A DNA stretch of 64,000 nt, from sequence record PP777464.1; one strand, 5' to 3'. The notes below the pieces were generated by a model, which worked only from the letters and a program-made list of their open reading frames with translations, searched no databases and was not told where the DNA came from. Positions 35,901 through 45,667 of this stretch are shown piece after piece. Each line of letters opens with the position of its first letter. Within the stretch, counting starts at the first letter, position 1. The translations under genes and the position numbers were made by a program.

Positions 35901-36455
35901 ATGAGTTCAATGAGTTTATTAGATACATTAGAAAAAGACAGAAGTGCCATTAAGAGATTAAAAAATCTTGTCCAGAGCATTGCGAACAACGCTGAGAAGT
36001 TCAGTGACAATCTTAGTATAGGTGATATAACCAGTACAGGAATAAAATCCCTGAAGTCAGATTTATTAATTCATAAGGAAGATAAATTATTATTTGTATT
36101 GAGTTCAGATTTAATGGTTGCAAGTAATGGTTTCAATTCGATATCAACACAAGATGGTAGCACAGGATTATATCTATCACAGGGTGTCCAGACGAACGAA
36201 CAAAAGTGTTTTAGTTCAGGAGTACAGAATCCCTTTAAGTTCAGTACAGAACAAGCTACAGAGCTTTTAGATGCTTCAGAAGAGATGTTATTTCAGTACA
36301 AAACGGTTCATACAGATTTTGAATTACGATGCATGTACGCTGTTAAGCATTATGTTCAGGAGTTCGAGAATTTAAGTTATCTTTTAGTTCGAACGAATAC
36401 AAAGAACATTGGTGCATTAGAAGATTACATTTCAAAAGTTGTTAAAGGGTGCTAA
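35901..36455 (+). CDS. paralog family B protein
   Basis: SEEMLFQYKTVHT; start after AAGGA RBS. Confidence 0.8.
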   Translation: MSSMSLLDTLEKDRSAIKRLKNLVQSIANNAEKFSDNLSIGDITSTGIKSLKSDLLIHKEDKLLFVLSSDLMVASNGFNSISTQDGSTGLYLSQGVQTNEQKCFSSGVQNPFKFSTEQATELLDASEEMLFQYKTVHTDFELRCMYAVKHYVQEFENLSYLLVRTNTKNIGALEDYISKVVKGC

Positions 36456-36618
36456 AGGGTGCTGATGAAAGAGTTATTTGAAGAACAGTTCGATACATAT
36501 GTGGATAATATTCTTTATTCTAGTCGTGCTAGTCAACGAGGAAATCGTGCTTACAACATAGATTACCTATTAACGGTGCTGAGTTCACAGTACACCTACG
36601 CTGTGCAGAGGACATATT

Positions 36619-36822
36619 ATGGATAATTTTAGAGATGTTGCAAAGGAGAAGTTCAAGTGCAGTTTAGATTACGGTTTAAATGATTTTCTTACATGCACAA
36701 TGTACAGGAATGATGATTATGAGCAATCCGTAATTTCGTTGCACAGATATTTCGAAATAATTTACGCAAGATATCTTAGAAGGTTAGATGGAATAGGGGA
36801 TTGGAGTTATGATTACGTTTGA
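36619..36822 (+). CDS. small hypothetical protein
   Basis: GAGG RBS. Confidence 0.65.
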   Translation: MDNFRDVAKEKFKCSLDYGLNDFLTCTMYRNDDYEQSVISLHRYFEIIYARYLRRLDGIGDWSYDYV

Positions 36823-37024
36823 AGAGCCGGAAGTGGTATATTGCTATAGTGTGAAAGGTTTTGAATACATGATGGATTCGATTTTGAAGGATACATATTT
36901 GGTTCAGATTGCAGTTGCAGATGATGCAGTACAACGAGTATTGAATATATACGAGAAGACGAGTCGAAGGCTTTGTGCGATGAAAAGGATTGAAGAAATC
37001 AAGCTTTCTAGGCTGAATAAATAG
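36809..37024 (+). CDS. small hypothetical protein
   Basis: GGAG RBS. Confidence 0.65.
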   Translation: MITFEEPEVVYCYSVKGFEYMMDSILKDTYLVQIAVADDAVQRVLNIYEKTSRRLCAMKRIEEIKLSRLNK

Positions 37025-37085
37025 AGACGTTTCGTTTTCACAGGCCGCAGGGGGGGGTCAAAAAAATTTTCGCTGAAAAACATGT

Positions 37086-37135
37086 NNNNNNNNNNNNNNN
37101 NNNNNNNNNNNNNNNNNNNNNNNNNNNNNNNNNNN
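37086..37135. other. assembly gap (50 N) inside a GC-rich imperfect inverted repeat
   Basis: N run; left flank gagacgttt..G-run..aaaaacatg mirrors right flank catgtttcc..ccccgccgc..aaacgttctc. Confidence 0.9.
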
Positions 37136-37220
37136 TCATGTTTCCTGAAACAAAAAATACCCCGCCGCAAACGTTCTCCTTATATTGGAGTTTACCTTAT
37201 TAATTACAGTAGAGATTATT

Positions 37221-37598
37221 ATGGAAATAAAATATAAAGAATTTTGTATAGGGACATGGATGTACACGGGTGAGTTGATTACGTGTTGTAATTTGTACAA
37301 AGGTGATTTAAACTACACAAGGGGCAAGGTTATAAAGTTCTGGAATTCACAATTTTATTTAATGGATCTTGGTACTGGATTTAGTTGTAAAGCAACCGAT
37401 ATGCTGGACTATACCTTAATGGATGATGCTGCACTATTTCAGGAGTCATTAGTATTTGACAAGAAGTACATCTGTACATTAGAAGAGATTGTTGAAATCC
37501 AGCGTAGAATTAAATGCATTCACAGGGAATGTATAGATAAATGGTGTAAAACTGGTGAAACTAATTTTAGTAATCATTTCAATCTAGGGGAAGAGTGA
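37221..37598 (+). CDS. paralog family B protein (CNLxKGD subfamily)
   Basis: CCNLYKGD; DDAALFQESLVFDKKY. Confidence 0.8.
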   Translation: MEIKYKEFCIGTWMYTGELITCCNLYKGDLNYTRGKVIKFWNSQFYLMDLGTGFSCKATDMLDYTLMDDAALFQESLVFDKKYICTLEEIVEIQRRIKCIHRECIDKWCKTGETNFSNHFNLGEE

Positions 37599-37954
37599 TG
37601 GAATTTGATTTTTTAATATCAGTACATTCTTTTAAGAACAGTTTTCAGTACTTTTGTAATTTAAACAAAGGTGATTTGATGCACAGTGCAAATGAGTATA
37701 TTCATTTTACGGATGGTAAATTCACATTCATTGATTACAATTCATTACAGTATCCACATCAGGATATGCCGGATTATACAGTAATGGATGCCGCTGAACT
37801 ATTTCAGGAGTCATTAGTATTTGATAAGAAGTACTTGTGTACATTTGAAGAAGTTATTGCAATACAAAATGAAATGAAAGAGTATGACTCTTTGAATAAA
37901 GGCAATGTCAGTATTAATCAAGAATACAAATTCAATATAGGAATACCAGAATGA
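37595..37954 (+). CDS. paralog family B protein (CNLxKGD subfamily)
   Basis: FCNLNKGD; DAAELFQESLVFDKKY. Confidence 0.85.
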   Translation: MMEFDFLISVHSFKNSFQYFCNLNKGDLMHSANEYIHFTDGKFTFIDYNSLQYPHQDMPDYTVMDAAELFQESLVFDKKYLCTFEEVIAIQNEMKEYDSLNKGNVSINQEYKFNIGIPE

Positions 37955-38316
37955 CATATGATTATTCAATGTACGTTTGTAAGTCCAGAACGGGGTGGGA
38001 TTTGTGCTGTAATCTTGTCAAGGGTGATTCGGAACATGAGTTGAGTTTATATATTCAGTACTCGGATTTGTGTTTTAATTTCATTGATGTATTACATGAT
38101 GACTTCGACTATAACTCTGAAAGTATTACAGATTATACAGTACTGGATGATGTTGAACTATTTCAAGCTTCTTTGGTGTTTGACAAGAATAAGTACTCAT
38201 GTACAATAGAAGATATGATTTTTATACAAAATGAAATGAAGAGATATGTTAAAGAAAACACCTTTGATACATCTACACCAACAACAAGTAATTATTATTT
38301 CAATACAGGTGAGTAA
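37951..38316 (+). CDS. paralog family B protein (CNLxKGD subfamily)
   Basis: CCNLVKGD; DDVELFQASLVFDK. Confidence 0.85.
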   Translation: MTYDYSMYVCKSRTGWDLCCNLVKGDSEHELSLYIQYSDLCFNFIDVLHDDFDYNSESITDYTVLDDVELFQASLVFDKNKYSCTIEDMIFIQNEMKRYVKENTFDTSTPTTSNYYFNTGE

Positions 38317-38317
38317 T

Positions 38318-38662
38318 ATGGAATATGATTTTTCTATGTTTATACCTAAGATTAGTACTTCACTGGAAGTGTATTGCAATCTTAACAAAGGTGATTATGA
38401 ACACAAAATGGATCAGTACATTAAATTTAATGGTTCTTACTTTAGCTTCATTGATTATCAGGCCAAAGGAACAGTTGTAGAAAATATGAAAGACTATACA
38501 ACTGTACAGGGTGAGGCTGAAATATTTCAAGAGTCATTAATATTTGACAAGAAGTACTTGTGTACACTAGAGGAAGTTATTGAACTCCAACAGAAGATGA
38601 AAGAATATAGAAGAATCTGTATAGAGACTGATTCCAAAGATAGGTATCGTTTTAAGCTATGA
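38318..38662 (+). CDS. paralog family B protein (CNLxKGD subfamily)
   Basis: YCNLNKGD; GEAEIFQESLIFDKKY. Confidence 0.85.
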   Translation: MEYDFSMFIPKISTSLEVYCNLNKGDYEHKMDQYIKFNGSYFSFIDYQAKGTVVENMKDYTTVQGEAEIFQESLIFDKKYLCTLEEVIELQQKMKEYRRICIETDSKDRYRFKL

Positions 38663-38844
38663 ATAAAAAAGAACAAATGGAATCATTCATGAATACAATA
38701 CTTCGACGATTCGTAATTGATATTAGACATAACAACAGCATTAGGAATGACATGTACTTCGGTACATATGATATTAGTGAATTGTATATAGCTAATATTC
38801 ACATGGTTTACCGAGATTATATCAAGACACAACACAGGAGTTGA
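38659..38844 (+). CDS. small hypothetical protein
   Basis: ATGA overlap. Confidence 0.65.
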   Translation: MNKKEQMESFMNTILRRFVIDIRHNNSIRNDMYFGTYDISELYIANIHMVYRDYIKTQHRS

Positions 38845-38845
38845 T

Positions 38846-39316
38846 ATGAGTTTTGCAAGAGCATTAGAAATTGCTAAGTTAATTGATTTATGTAAAAAGG
38901 AAATAGTACTCAATCAACTCAATGGGTATCTATTCAAGGAAGGTAAAGCTTATTGTCGAATGATATACGATGACAGTAGTGAGTACATTCACATGTACGA
39001 AGAAAACTTAGATTCTTCTGAAACAACACTCACTGGGTGTGATGTTAATCTGGAAGATAATTACATGTACTTCTGTCGTGATGCTGATATTTTAATACAA
39101 TATACTGACATTATAACTGGTGCAGCAGAGAAACATCTTCCGTATTCAGTACTGGATAATGACTGGGGAAGTGAAGAGTTCTACTTCCAGCAGAATACTA
39201 TCTACGAGGAATATGTGCTTGACAAGCTTGTCATTCTGTGGTACTTTAATAATACAGATTGTCCTAGCTTCTATTTGGACTTGGATCTACTACGAGTTAT
39301 TAAAGAGGATATATGA
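38846..39316 (+). CDS. paralog family B protein (WxSEEYYFQ subfamily)
   Basis: WGSEEFYFQQNTIY..WYF..FYLD. Confidence 0.85.
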   Translation: MSFARALEIAKLIDLCKKEIVLNQLNGYLFKEGKAYCRMIYDDSSEYIHMYEENLDSSETTLTGCDVNLEDNYMYFCRDADILIQYTDIITGAAEKHLPYSVLDNDWGSEEFYFQQNTIYEEYVLDKLVILWYFNNTDCPSFYLDLDLLRVIKEDI

Positions 39317-39753
39317 GTTTAGCAAGTGCACTTAAACTGGCACACAAAATACATCACTTCCACGATAACATAAAAAGTGGTTTCTATGGTGATAAAGTAA
39401 GTGCATTTGGTAATGAGTATTATCTATCAGGTATAAAGACATACTCTGATGATATTTTACTTATGGGCCATGATAAAGACAATACTATACAGTACTCTTC
39501 ATGTAGTCAATATACTAGTTTTTTTGTATATATTCCAGGTACTAAGATTACTTTTGACACATCAAATACACCTGTTGACTTCGGGGTACTTGATGGGCCG
39601 TGGGGTACTGAAGAGTATTACTTCCAACAGAGTCTTATTTTTAACCAAGAAATGCTTGATTCCTTGGTTGTTTTGTGGTACTTTAAGGAATTGAATTTTG
39701 AACCCTTCTTCCTTGACTGGGGAGCATGTGAATATTTAAGTACAGGGGATTAG
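39313..39753 (+). CDS. paralog family B protein (WxSEEYYFQ subfamily)
   Basis: WGTEEYYFQQSLIF..WYF..FFLD. Confidence 0.85.
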   Translation: MSLASALKLAHKIHHFHDNIKSGFYGDKVSAFGNEYYLSGIKTYSDDILLMGHDKDNTIQYSSCSQYTSFFVYIPGTKITFDTSNTPVDFGVLDGPWGTEEYYFQQSLIFNQEMLDSLVVLWYFKELNFEPFFLDWGACEYLSTGD

Positions 39754-39755
39754 TA

Positions 39756-40247
39756 ATGTCATTAGAAAGTGCATTGAAAGAAGCAAAGAAGATTCATGAG
39801 TACATGATTATGGTACAAGAAGGTTCAGTGCCTGGTGTGTATAAAACATCTGATACTGAATTTTTTGTAAAAGACCGCGACGATTATGATGAGTCAGAGA
39901 TATGTGCAGAAACGTTAGTACTACACACTGATACGGGTGATACTGATGACTGTGAATATCATATGTACAATCAGTACATTAGTTATTGTAGAGATGAAGA
40001 TATTATAATTTACAGTCCTGATTACGATGATTATGACACAATCATTCCGTATTCAGTACTGGAAGGTCCGTGGGATAGTGAAGAATATTACTTCCAGAAC
40101 AGTACTGTGTACAATGAAGAAGAATTAGATGTTATTGTAATTATGTGGTACTTTAAAAGTATTGGTTCTGATAGTTTCTATTTCGATTATGAATACGTAG
40201 AGAATACTGTAGGGGAAGATAATGTCATTACAAAGTGCTCTGGATAA
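39756..40247 (+). CDS. paralog family B protein (WxSEEYYFQ subfamily)
   Basis: WDSEEYYFQNSTVY. Confidence 0.85.
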   Translation: MSLESALKEAKKIHEYMIMVQEGSVPGVYKTSDTEFFVKDRDDYDESEICAETLVLHTDTGDTDDCEYHMYNQYISYCRDEDIIIYSPDYDDYDTIIPYSVLEGPWDSEEYYFQNSTVYNEEELDVIVIMWYFKSIGSDSFYFDYEYVENTVGEDNVITKCSG

Positions 40248-40665
40248 AGCAAAAGAACTACAGGTATATATTGAAGATATCAAGGCTGGGAAGTTCGAAG
40301 AAGTATACAAAGCCGAGAATGGTAACTACTACAAGGATAGTGATTTTACCACAACTACAGTTATTCTTGGGCTGAATTCCAAAAGTCCCGCAGATTTTTC
40401 ACAATACAATCCAGATGCAGAATTTATCAGTTATGCTTATGGTGGTGAAATCCGTTTTTATAATCGCAGCAGACCTTTAAAATTGAACTTTGAAGTACTG
40501 AAAGGTCCGTGGGATAGTGAAGAGTATTACTTTCAGAATAGTACTTTGTATGATGATGAAGTACTAGATACTTTAGTTATTATGTGGTACTTTAAAAGTA
40601 TTGATAGTACAAGATTTTATTTGGATTATGAATATGTACGTGAAGCATATAAGGGCAAACGATGA
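40222..40665 (+). CDS. paralog family B protein (WxSEEYYFQ subfamily)
   Basis: WDSEEYYFQNSTLY. Confidence 0.85.
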   Translation: MSLQSALDKAKELQVYIEDIKAGKFEEVYKAENGNYYKDSDFTTTTVILGLNSKSPADFSQYNPDAEFISYAYGGEIRFYNRSRPLKLNFEVLKGPWDSEEYYFQNSTLYDDEVLDTLVIMWYFKSIDSTRFYLDYEYVREAYKGKR

Positions 40666-40976
40666 AATTCTTATACAGTATTCAGTACATTCCTGGTACA
40701 ATTAGTTTAATGTATTTCTTCGATCATGATAATTTCCAGCTCCTTGCCATTAGAAGATGTAATGAATCTTTAATGATTGAATATCTTCACGATTGTGATT
40801 ATATTCCTGACTTCCTTGAATGCGATTACAGAGATGATCATGAATCATTTATTTTTCAGGAATCACTTGTATGGGATAAGAGAATTAATTTTTATGCTTT
40901 ACTTGAGATACAAAAACAAGTGAAGTACTACTGGGATTACTTAATTACCCAAAAATATATAGAGATTGAAATATAA
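40662..40976 (+). CDS. paralog family B protein
   Basis: HESFIFQESLVWD. Confidence 0.8.
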   Translation: MKFLYSIQYIPGTISLMYFFDHDNFQLLAIRRCNESLMIEYLHDCDYIPDFLECDYRDDHESFIFQESLVWDKRINFYALLEIQKQVKYYWDYLITQKYIEIEI

Positions 40977-41419
40977 TGTACGAAAGTGTTCTTAAGCACG
41001 CTGAAGAATTAGTTAATATAGTAAAGTTCTTTCAAAATAATGTAAAGTACTTAGACTATAAAGGGGCATATATTAGTACTATAAGTGTTGGAACAGATAT
41101 ACTAGGATTAGGTAATGAATATAAGTACGAGTCACATGATTATGATTTGGAATTCAAGTACTTCGTATGGGATTCTGGAACTTTCTATTCTATAGAGGAA
41201 GATGGCAAATATTTTGAATTCACAGAAGAAGAAGTACTATTTTTAAATTCAGAAGATGCTTACTTCCAGTACAGTACTATATACCCAAATGGGGCGTTAA
41301 GAGCTTTAGTAGTTTTTAATGCATTTCTGAAAGAGAACTTTAATAATTCTATATTCATTGATTTAGATTATGTATATGAACTAAATCAGGTAATATATAT
41401 GGAGTCCAGAGAAAAATGA
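40976..41419 (+). CDS. paralog family B protein
   Basis: NSEDAYFQYSTIY. Confidence 0.8.
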   Translation: MYESVLKHAEELVNIVKFFQNNVKYLDYKGAYISTISVGTDILGLGNEYKYESHDYDLEFKYFVWDSGTFYSIEEDGKYFEFTEEEVLFLNSEDAYFQYSTIYPNGALRALVVFNAFLKENFNNSIFIDLDYVYELNQVIYMESREK

Positions 41420-41862
41420 GTTACGAAAGTGCAATCAAGAAAGCAAATGATATTCTAAAAGTTGTTAAGTTCTTCAAAGAAAATCCTGAATACGTAGATG
41501 ATAAACGCAGAGAAGTTTCTAATGGTACGAAGATTACAATTGATTCTTTATTTGACACTAGCAACGACAACTGTAGTACTATTGAATTAGCATACGATTA
41601 TATTTCATTGAACAGAAAATATGATGAAGTTACGATAGAGCGTCATGAGAATGAAGAATCTTTTAAAATTTCTGATATTTTATCTCTGAGTACAGAAGAA
41701 GGGTACTTCCAGGGAAGTACTGTTTATAATGAAGGAACACTAGACAATCTATGTACATTTAGTGTACTATATCAGAAGTCAGTACTGGATATATTTTATC
41801 TAGACACTGAAAAACTTGATAGGTTAGTTGATTTCGTTACTATAGAAGAGGCATCCGTTTGA
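41416..41862 (+). CDS. paralog family B protein
   Basis: STEEGYFQGSTVY. Confidence 0.8.
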   Translation: MSYESAIKKANDILKVVKFFKENPEYVDDKRREVSNGTKITIDSLFDTSNDNCSTIELAYDYISLNRKYDEVTIERHENEESFKISDILSLSTEEGYFQGSTVYNEGTLDNLCTFSVLYQKSVLDIFYLDTEKLDRLVDFVTIEEASV

Positions 41863-42392
41863 GAAAAATTAACATTAATGATTATGATGCATTACAAGAT
41901 TTATCAAAAAAGATTCGCACTATCGTACCAGTACTGAAAAAATGCAGTACTGGATTAATTGATCCTAGTACAGTTATTAGTGAGAAGTACGATTTCCATA
42001 AACTTCTACAAGGGAATGGTGCATTCCAGAAGTGTGAGATACGTGAGAAACACGTCATTGATACATCATTGCTTTCAATTGGTTCAGCCGTTCATAAGAA
42101 TGTTGTATACCTTGAATCCAGATCTGAAACTATTCGACAGATGACTTTTAAGAAAAAGTGTACTGAAATTGACGTGTACACTATGATATGGGGTTATCCA
42201 GAGTTATATCGTACTATTAATATTCCTAAGTACAATTACAATTCATTTGAAGAACAGTGCTTTCAACTATCTTGTACTGATCCTGACTATGCTATTATTC
42301 AGTTCTATATGGAATTGCAGATGGCATTTAACAGTAATTTAAATATCAATTTATTAAAGGTTGATTTCGATGAAGTATTCAAAAACATTTAA
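41859..42392 (+). CDS. paralog family B protein
   Basis: SFEEQCFQLSCTD. Confidence 0.75.
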   Translation: MRKININDYDALQDLSKKIRTIVPVLKKCSTGLIDPSTVISEKYDFHKLLQGNGAFQKCEIREKHVIDTSLLSIGSAVHKNVVYLESRSETIRQMTFKKKCTEIDVYTMIWGYPELYRTINIPKYNYNSFEEQCFQLSCTDPDYAIIQFYMELQMAFNSNLNINLLKVDFDEVFKNI

Positions 42393-42588
42393 TCGAATTG
42401 AATACATGAGAACTGTGAGTGCAGTGTGGGACATATGGTTCACTACTAAACCAAAAATGGATTACCATGACTTTAAGCTATTGTTCTTCGTTGGCTCTAA
42501 CAAACAGGATGTTGCAATGAAGGGTTATATTCAGCACTTACAGGAACTAATCCAGAAGAGAATATATGAAAATAATAGACCAAGATGA
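42361..42588 (+). CDS. paralog family A protein (dispersed, divergent)
   Basis: LLFFVGSNKQD. Confidence 0.7.
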   Translation: MISMKYSKTFNRIEYMRTVSAVWDIWFTTKPKMDYHDFKLLFFVGSNKQDVAMKGYIQHLQELIQKRIYENNRPR

Positions 42589-42757
42589 TATTGCCAAACT
42601 ATTCAATATATATTCTTCTAAAATGATGCAAACCGACTCATATAGTACTGAATTCAAAGAATTAAAAGTACTGATGTATTTGGGTACACAGTATCAGGAA
42701 CAAGTTGTTAAAGAATATATTGATTCTTTACAGAAGGATATCCGTTATGTACAATGA
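42566..42757 (+). CDS. paralog family A protein (dispersed)
   Basis: YLGTQYQE. Confidence 0.8.
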   Translation: MKIIDQDDIAKLFNIYSSKMMQTDSYSTEFKELKVLMYLGTQYQEQVVKEYIDSLQKDIRYVQ

Positions 42758-43301
42758 ACTTGACTTGGCATTTGAGCGTGTAAAAATCTTCATTGAAACT
42801 TATATTATGCATGAAACTATACTGAAAACAAAAGGAATATGGTTCACTGATAAATTTCTTACTATGGCTATGAGAGGTGGAATGAAACATCTGTACTGCA
42901 CAGATAATGCAAGAATTTCAGTACTGAATTATGATGAAAGTGTAGCATCCAGTACCAGTTTAATTTCTACATACAATGATAATGTTATTAGTATTATGTG
43001 CAATATGAATGTCCCATCTATTTCTGTATATAAAAACTGTGATAGTTCATTGGAGTACAAGATTGAGCAGTACTTATATCCTAACACAGAAGAAAACATC
43101 TTTCAAAATAGTCTTATGTGGGATGATACATCTACTAAGTGCATATATCTTTATAATAAATTAAAAGAGTACATTGTTGATAGTTCAATTAGTACTGCTG
43201 TATTCAGTGTTACTGTTTTTAATGATAATCGTGAAGATATGAGTTCTTACAGAGACATTGTAAGAATACATGCAATGTATAAGGATCTACTATGTTATTA
43301 A
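42747..43301 (+). CDS. paralog family B protein
   Basis: NTEENIFQNSLMWD. Confidence 0.8.
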   Translation: MYNELDLAFERVKIFIETYIMHETILKTKGIWFTDKFLTMAMRGGMKHLYCTDNARISVLNYDESVASSTSLISTYNDNVISIMCNMNVPSISVYKNCDSSLEYKIEQYLYPNTEENIFQNSLMWDDTSTKCIYLYNKLKEYIVDSSISTAVFSVTVFNDNREDMSSYRDIVRIHAMYKDLLCY

Positions 43302-43894
43302 ATGCAAATAAATGTTGTAGTATTGAGGTTCATTTGTATTTTAAGAAATTAGTAAATGATATTATCTATATGCAAGAAATCATTTATCACAAAAGAATGG
43401 ACTTAGAAAAAGCATTAGTTCAGTTCTCTTTTAATCTCGATGGTGATATATCGTTAGATGGTGATGGATTGCGTATAGCATTTGACGGTAATACAAATAG
43501 GGTTTTCTTTTGGATAGATAATAAATTATGTTCATCAATATGTCGTACTTTTTATAACCCTATTTCGGACTTATATCAATTGGTGTATTCTAAAGGTGCA
43601 GTTGAAGCATCATACGGTGATAGCTTTGCACTAGGAAAGAGTATCCCATATATGCAATCATTTGATATTGAATTAGTCAGTACTGATGAAGATGCGATGT
43701 TCACAAATGATATAACAATGCAGCGTGAATCTGCAATGAGATATATTACAAATTCTATGCATACATTCTTCGAAAGAACAGAATTTGATAATGTGTATAT
43801 AGCAAATGTAAATATTTTTACTGACCTTTGTCAGTTCTTGAGAAGTATTTTTGATTTCGATGAAAGCTATTGTAAGCTTTATACTGAGGTTTAA
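43292..43894 (+). CDS. paralog family B protein (divergent)
   Basis: TDEDAMFTNDIT; start uncertain. Confidence 0.7.
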   Translation: MLLNANKCCSIEVHLYFKKLVNDIIYMQEIIYHKRMDLEKALVQFSFNLDGDISLDGDGLRIAFDGNTNRVFFWIDNKLCSSICRTFYNPISDLYQLVYSKGAVEASYGDSFALGKSIPYMQSFDIELVSTDEDAMFTNDITMQRESAMRYITNSMHTFFERTEFDNVYIANVNIFTDLCQFLRSIFDFDESYCKLYTEV

Positions 43895-43899
43895 ATGCC

Positions 43900-44259
43900 A
43901 TGAATACCATTAGTATTACGTACTACACAACGAAAAAATACGTTTGTTGTTTACTTTCGTTAAAGACAAATGATGATATGTTTGAAATGGCGGCATATAC
44001 ATTAGAATTATCAGAAGATGGTTTTCAATGTCATGAAGCGTACTCAAATACACGTGAAGATACAATTGATACTACGCTAATGCAAGAAGATGAGTTATTT
44101 CAAGAAAGTTTAGTATGGGATAAAAAATACTATTGTGATTTTGATTTTCTTTGTTTAATCCAGAAAGAAATGAAAAGGATCTTCGACAATTATCCGGTGA
44201 AGAGATTGAGTACTAAGCCGGAGCAGTACAGGAGAATTTTATTCCGTTATGAAGACTGA
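43900..44259 (+). CDS. paralog family B protein
   Basis: MQEDELFQESLVWDKKY. Confidence 0.85.
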   Translation: MNTISITYYTTKKYVCCLLSLKTNDDMFEMAAYTLELSEDGFQCHEAYSNTREDTIDTTLMQEDELFQESLVWDKKYYCDFDFLCLIQKEMKRIFDNYPVKRLSTKPEQYRRILFRYED

Positions 44260-44587
44260 ATTAGTAAAAATAATGTACGCAACTCACACTAAGTTATTAT
44301 TGGTTAAAATGAATTATAACAGAAAACATAATGAATTCTGTACATTAATCCGAAATGAGGAATCATTTACATTGCGTACCAATGATAAGCCAATGCTAAC
44401 TATAAATGATTTTTCATGTTTAGATACAGGTGAATTGTTCCAGGAGTCATTAGTACTGGATAGTAGTATACATTTGGAAATTGAAGTACTACAACAGTAC
44501 CAGATACTTTTGAATCGTATTATGGAAAATTATCCATGTGAAGTTGGTGGACCAATGCAATTCAAATCAAAGATGTATGAACTATGA
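44249..44587 (+). CDS. paralog family B protein
   Basis: DTGELFQESLVLD. Confidence 0.8.
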   Translation: MKTELVKIMYATHTKLLLVKMNYNRKHNEFCTLIRNEESFTLRTNDKPMLTINDFSCLDTGELFQESLVLDSSIHLEIEVLQQYQILLNRIMENYPCEVGGPMQFKSKMYEL

Positions 44588-45128
44588 GGTTAGTATGTTA
44601 GATAAAATAAAGAACGAGGGAACTCTATACAATCATCTTAAGTTGGATACGTTCGAGGCAGCAATCAGTACTGCACAAGATATAATTGATATTATCAAGT
44701 ACATTAAAGAAAATAAGTTAAAATGTGTGAAAACGCCAGAACGTACAATGTACAAAGATGACGACCTTCACGTATCAGTTGTTAAGCCAAAAGATAAGGA
44801 TGGTAATAGAGATTTCTATAATAACAGTGGACAGTATGAATGTGAATATGATCCCGAATTTAGAGGTGGATTCATGTGCTTCAGTAAAACAGATACTTCA
44901 CATGTTGAGATACGTACATTAAAAGGTCTAGGTAGATTTGAGTTCATGGATATAGAACTAAATGAAGAAAACTACTTCCAACAATCATTGCTTAATACTG
45001 AATACAATTTAGGTGTACTATTCATGTACAAGTACTTATATGAGCACTTAAATGAAGACTTCTATCTGGACTTAGAAGATTACCATTTAGTATGGAAAGA
45101 AATGGTAGAACTTCGTGAGAACTCTTGA
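44577..45128 (+). CDS. paralog family B protein
   Basis: LNEENYFQQSLLNT..FYLD. Confidence 0.8.
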   Translation: MNYEVSMLDKIKNEGTLYNHLKLDTFEAAISTAQDIIDIIKYIKENKLKCVKTPERTMYKDDDLHVSVVKPKDKDGNRDFYNNSGQYECEYDPEFRGGFMCFSKTDTSHVEIRTLKGLGRFEFMDIELNEENYFQQSLLNTEYNLGVLFMYKYLYEHLNEDFYLDLEDYHLVWKEMVELRENS

Positions 45129-45154
45129 CACCCTCCAAATCTTTGTGATATAAT
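45125..45154 (+). promoter_or_regulatory. sigma70-type promoter
   Basis: TTGACA-18-TATAAT with extended -10 TG. Confidence 0.7.
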
Positions 45155-45187
45155 CTCTTTATATTAATTGTAAAGGGTTATATCACT

Positions 45188-45667
45188 ATGTCCAAAGACC
45201 TATCATTTAGCAATGCACAAAAAATCGCACAAAATATCATTAAACTTCATAAGTTCTTTGTAACAGTTAAAGAGAATATAATTCTCCCACGATGCACACT
45301 TTATGCGTACAAAAATTATTTGTCAATGAATAGCAATTTGTTGCATACTACAGATGAGAATTTCTGTGGTATTCGTGTACTTGACGATGCACCATCAGGG
45401 GATTTTATCTCATATTGTTTCCATACATCTGATAGTTTTAAGTACTATCATCCTAGATCTAATGATGATGATGAATATGACACATTTAATGTTAGATCAG
45501 AAGAAGAATTCTTCCAGTACAGTACTTTGTACAATGAGAGAATCGTGTTTAGTTCTACAATTTTTACAGTACTTAAAGATGAACTCAATGACGCAAATGA
45601 TAGATTCTATATGGATTTAAACTTCGTAGATGAAATCATTGAGTACATGGAGAAAAATGGTCTATGA
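45188..45667 (+). CDS. paralog family B protein
   Basis: RSEEEFFQYSTLY..FYMD. Confidence 0.85.
   Translation: MSKDLSFSNAQKIAQNIIKLHKFFVTVKENIILPRCTLYAYKNYLSMNSNLLHTTDENFCGIRVLDDAPSGDFISYCFHTSDSFKYYHPRSNDDDEYDTFNVRSEEEFFQYSTLYNERIVFSSTIFTVLKDELNDANDRFYMDLNFVDEIIEYMEKNGL

Noticed and set aside
36904-37170. 88 aa minus-strand ORF across the gap
   Set aside because: Spans the N run; artefact.
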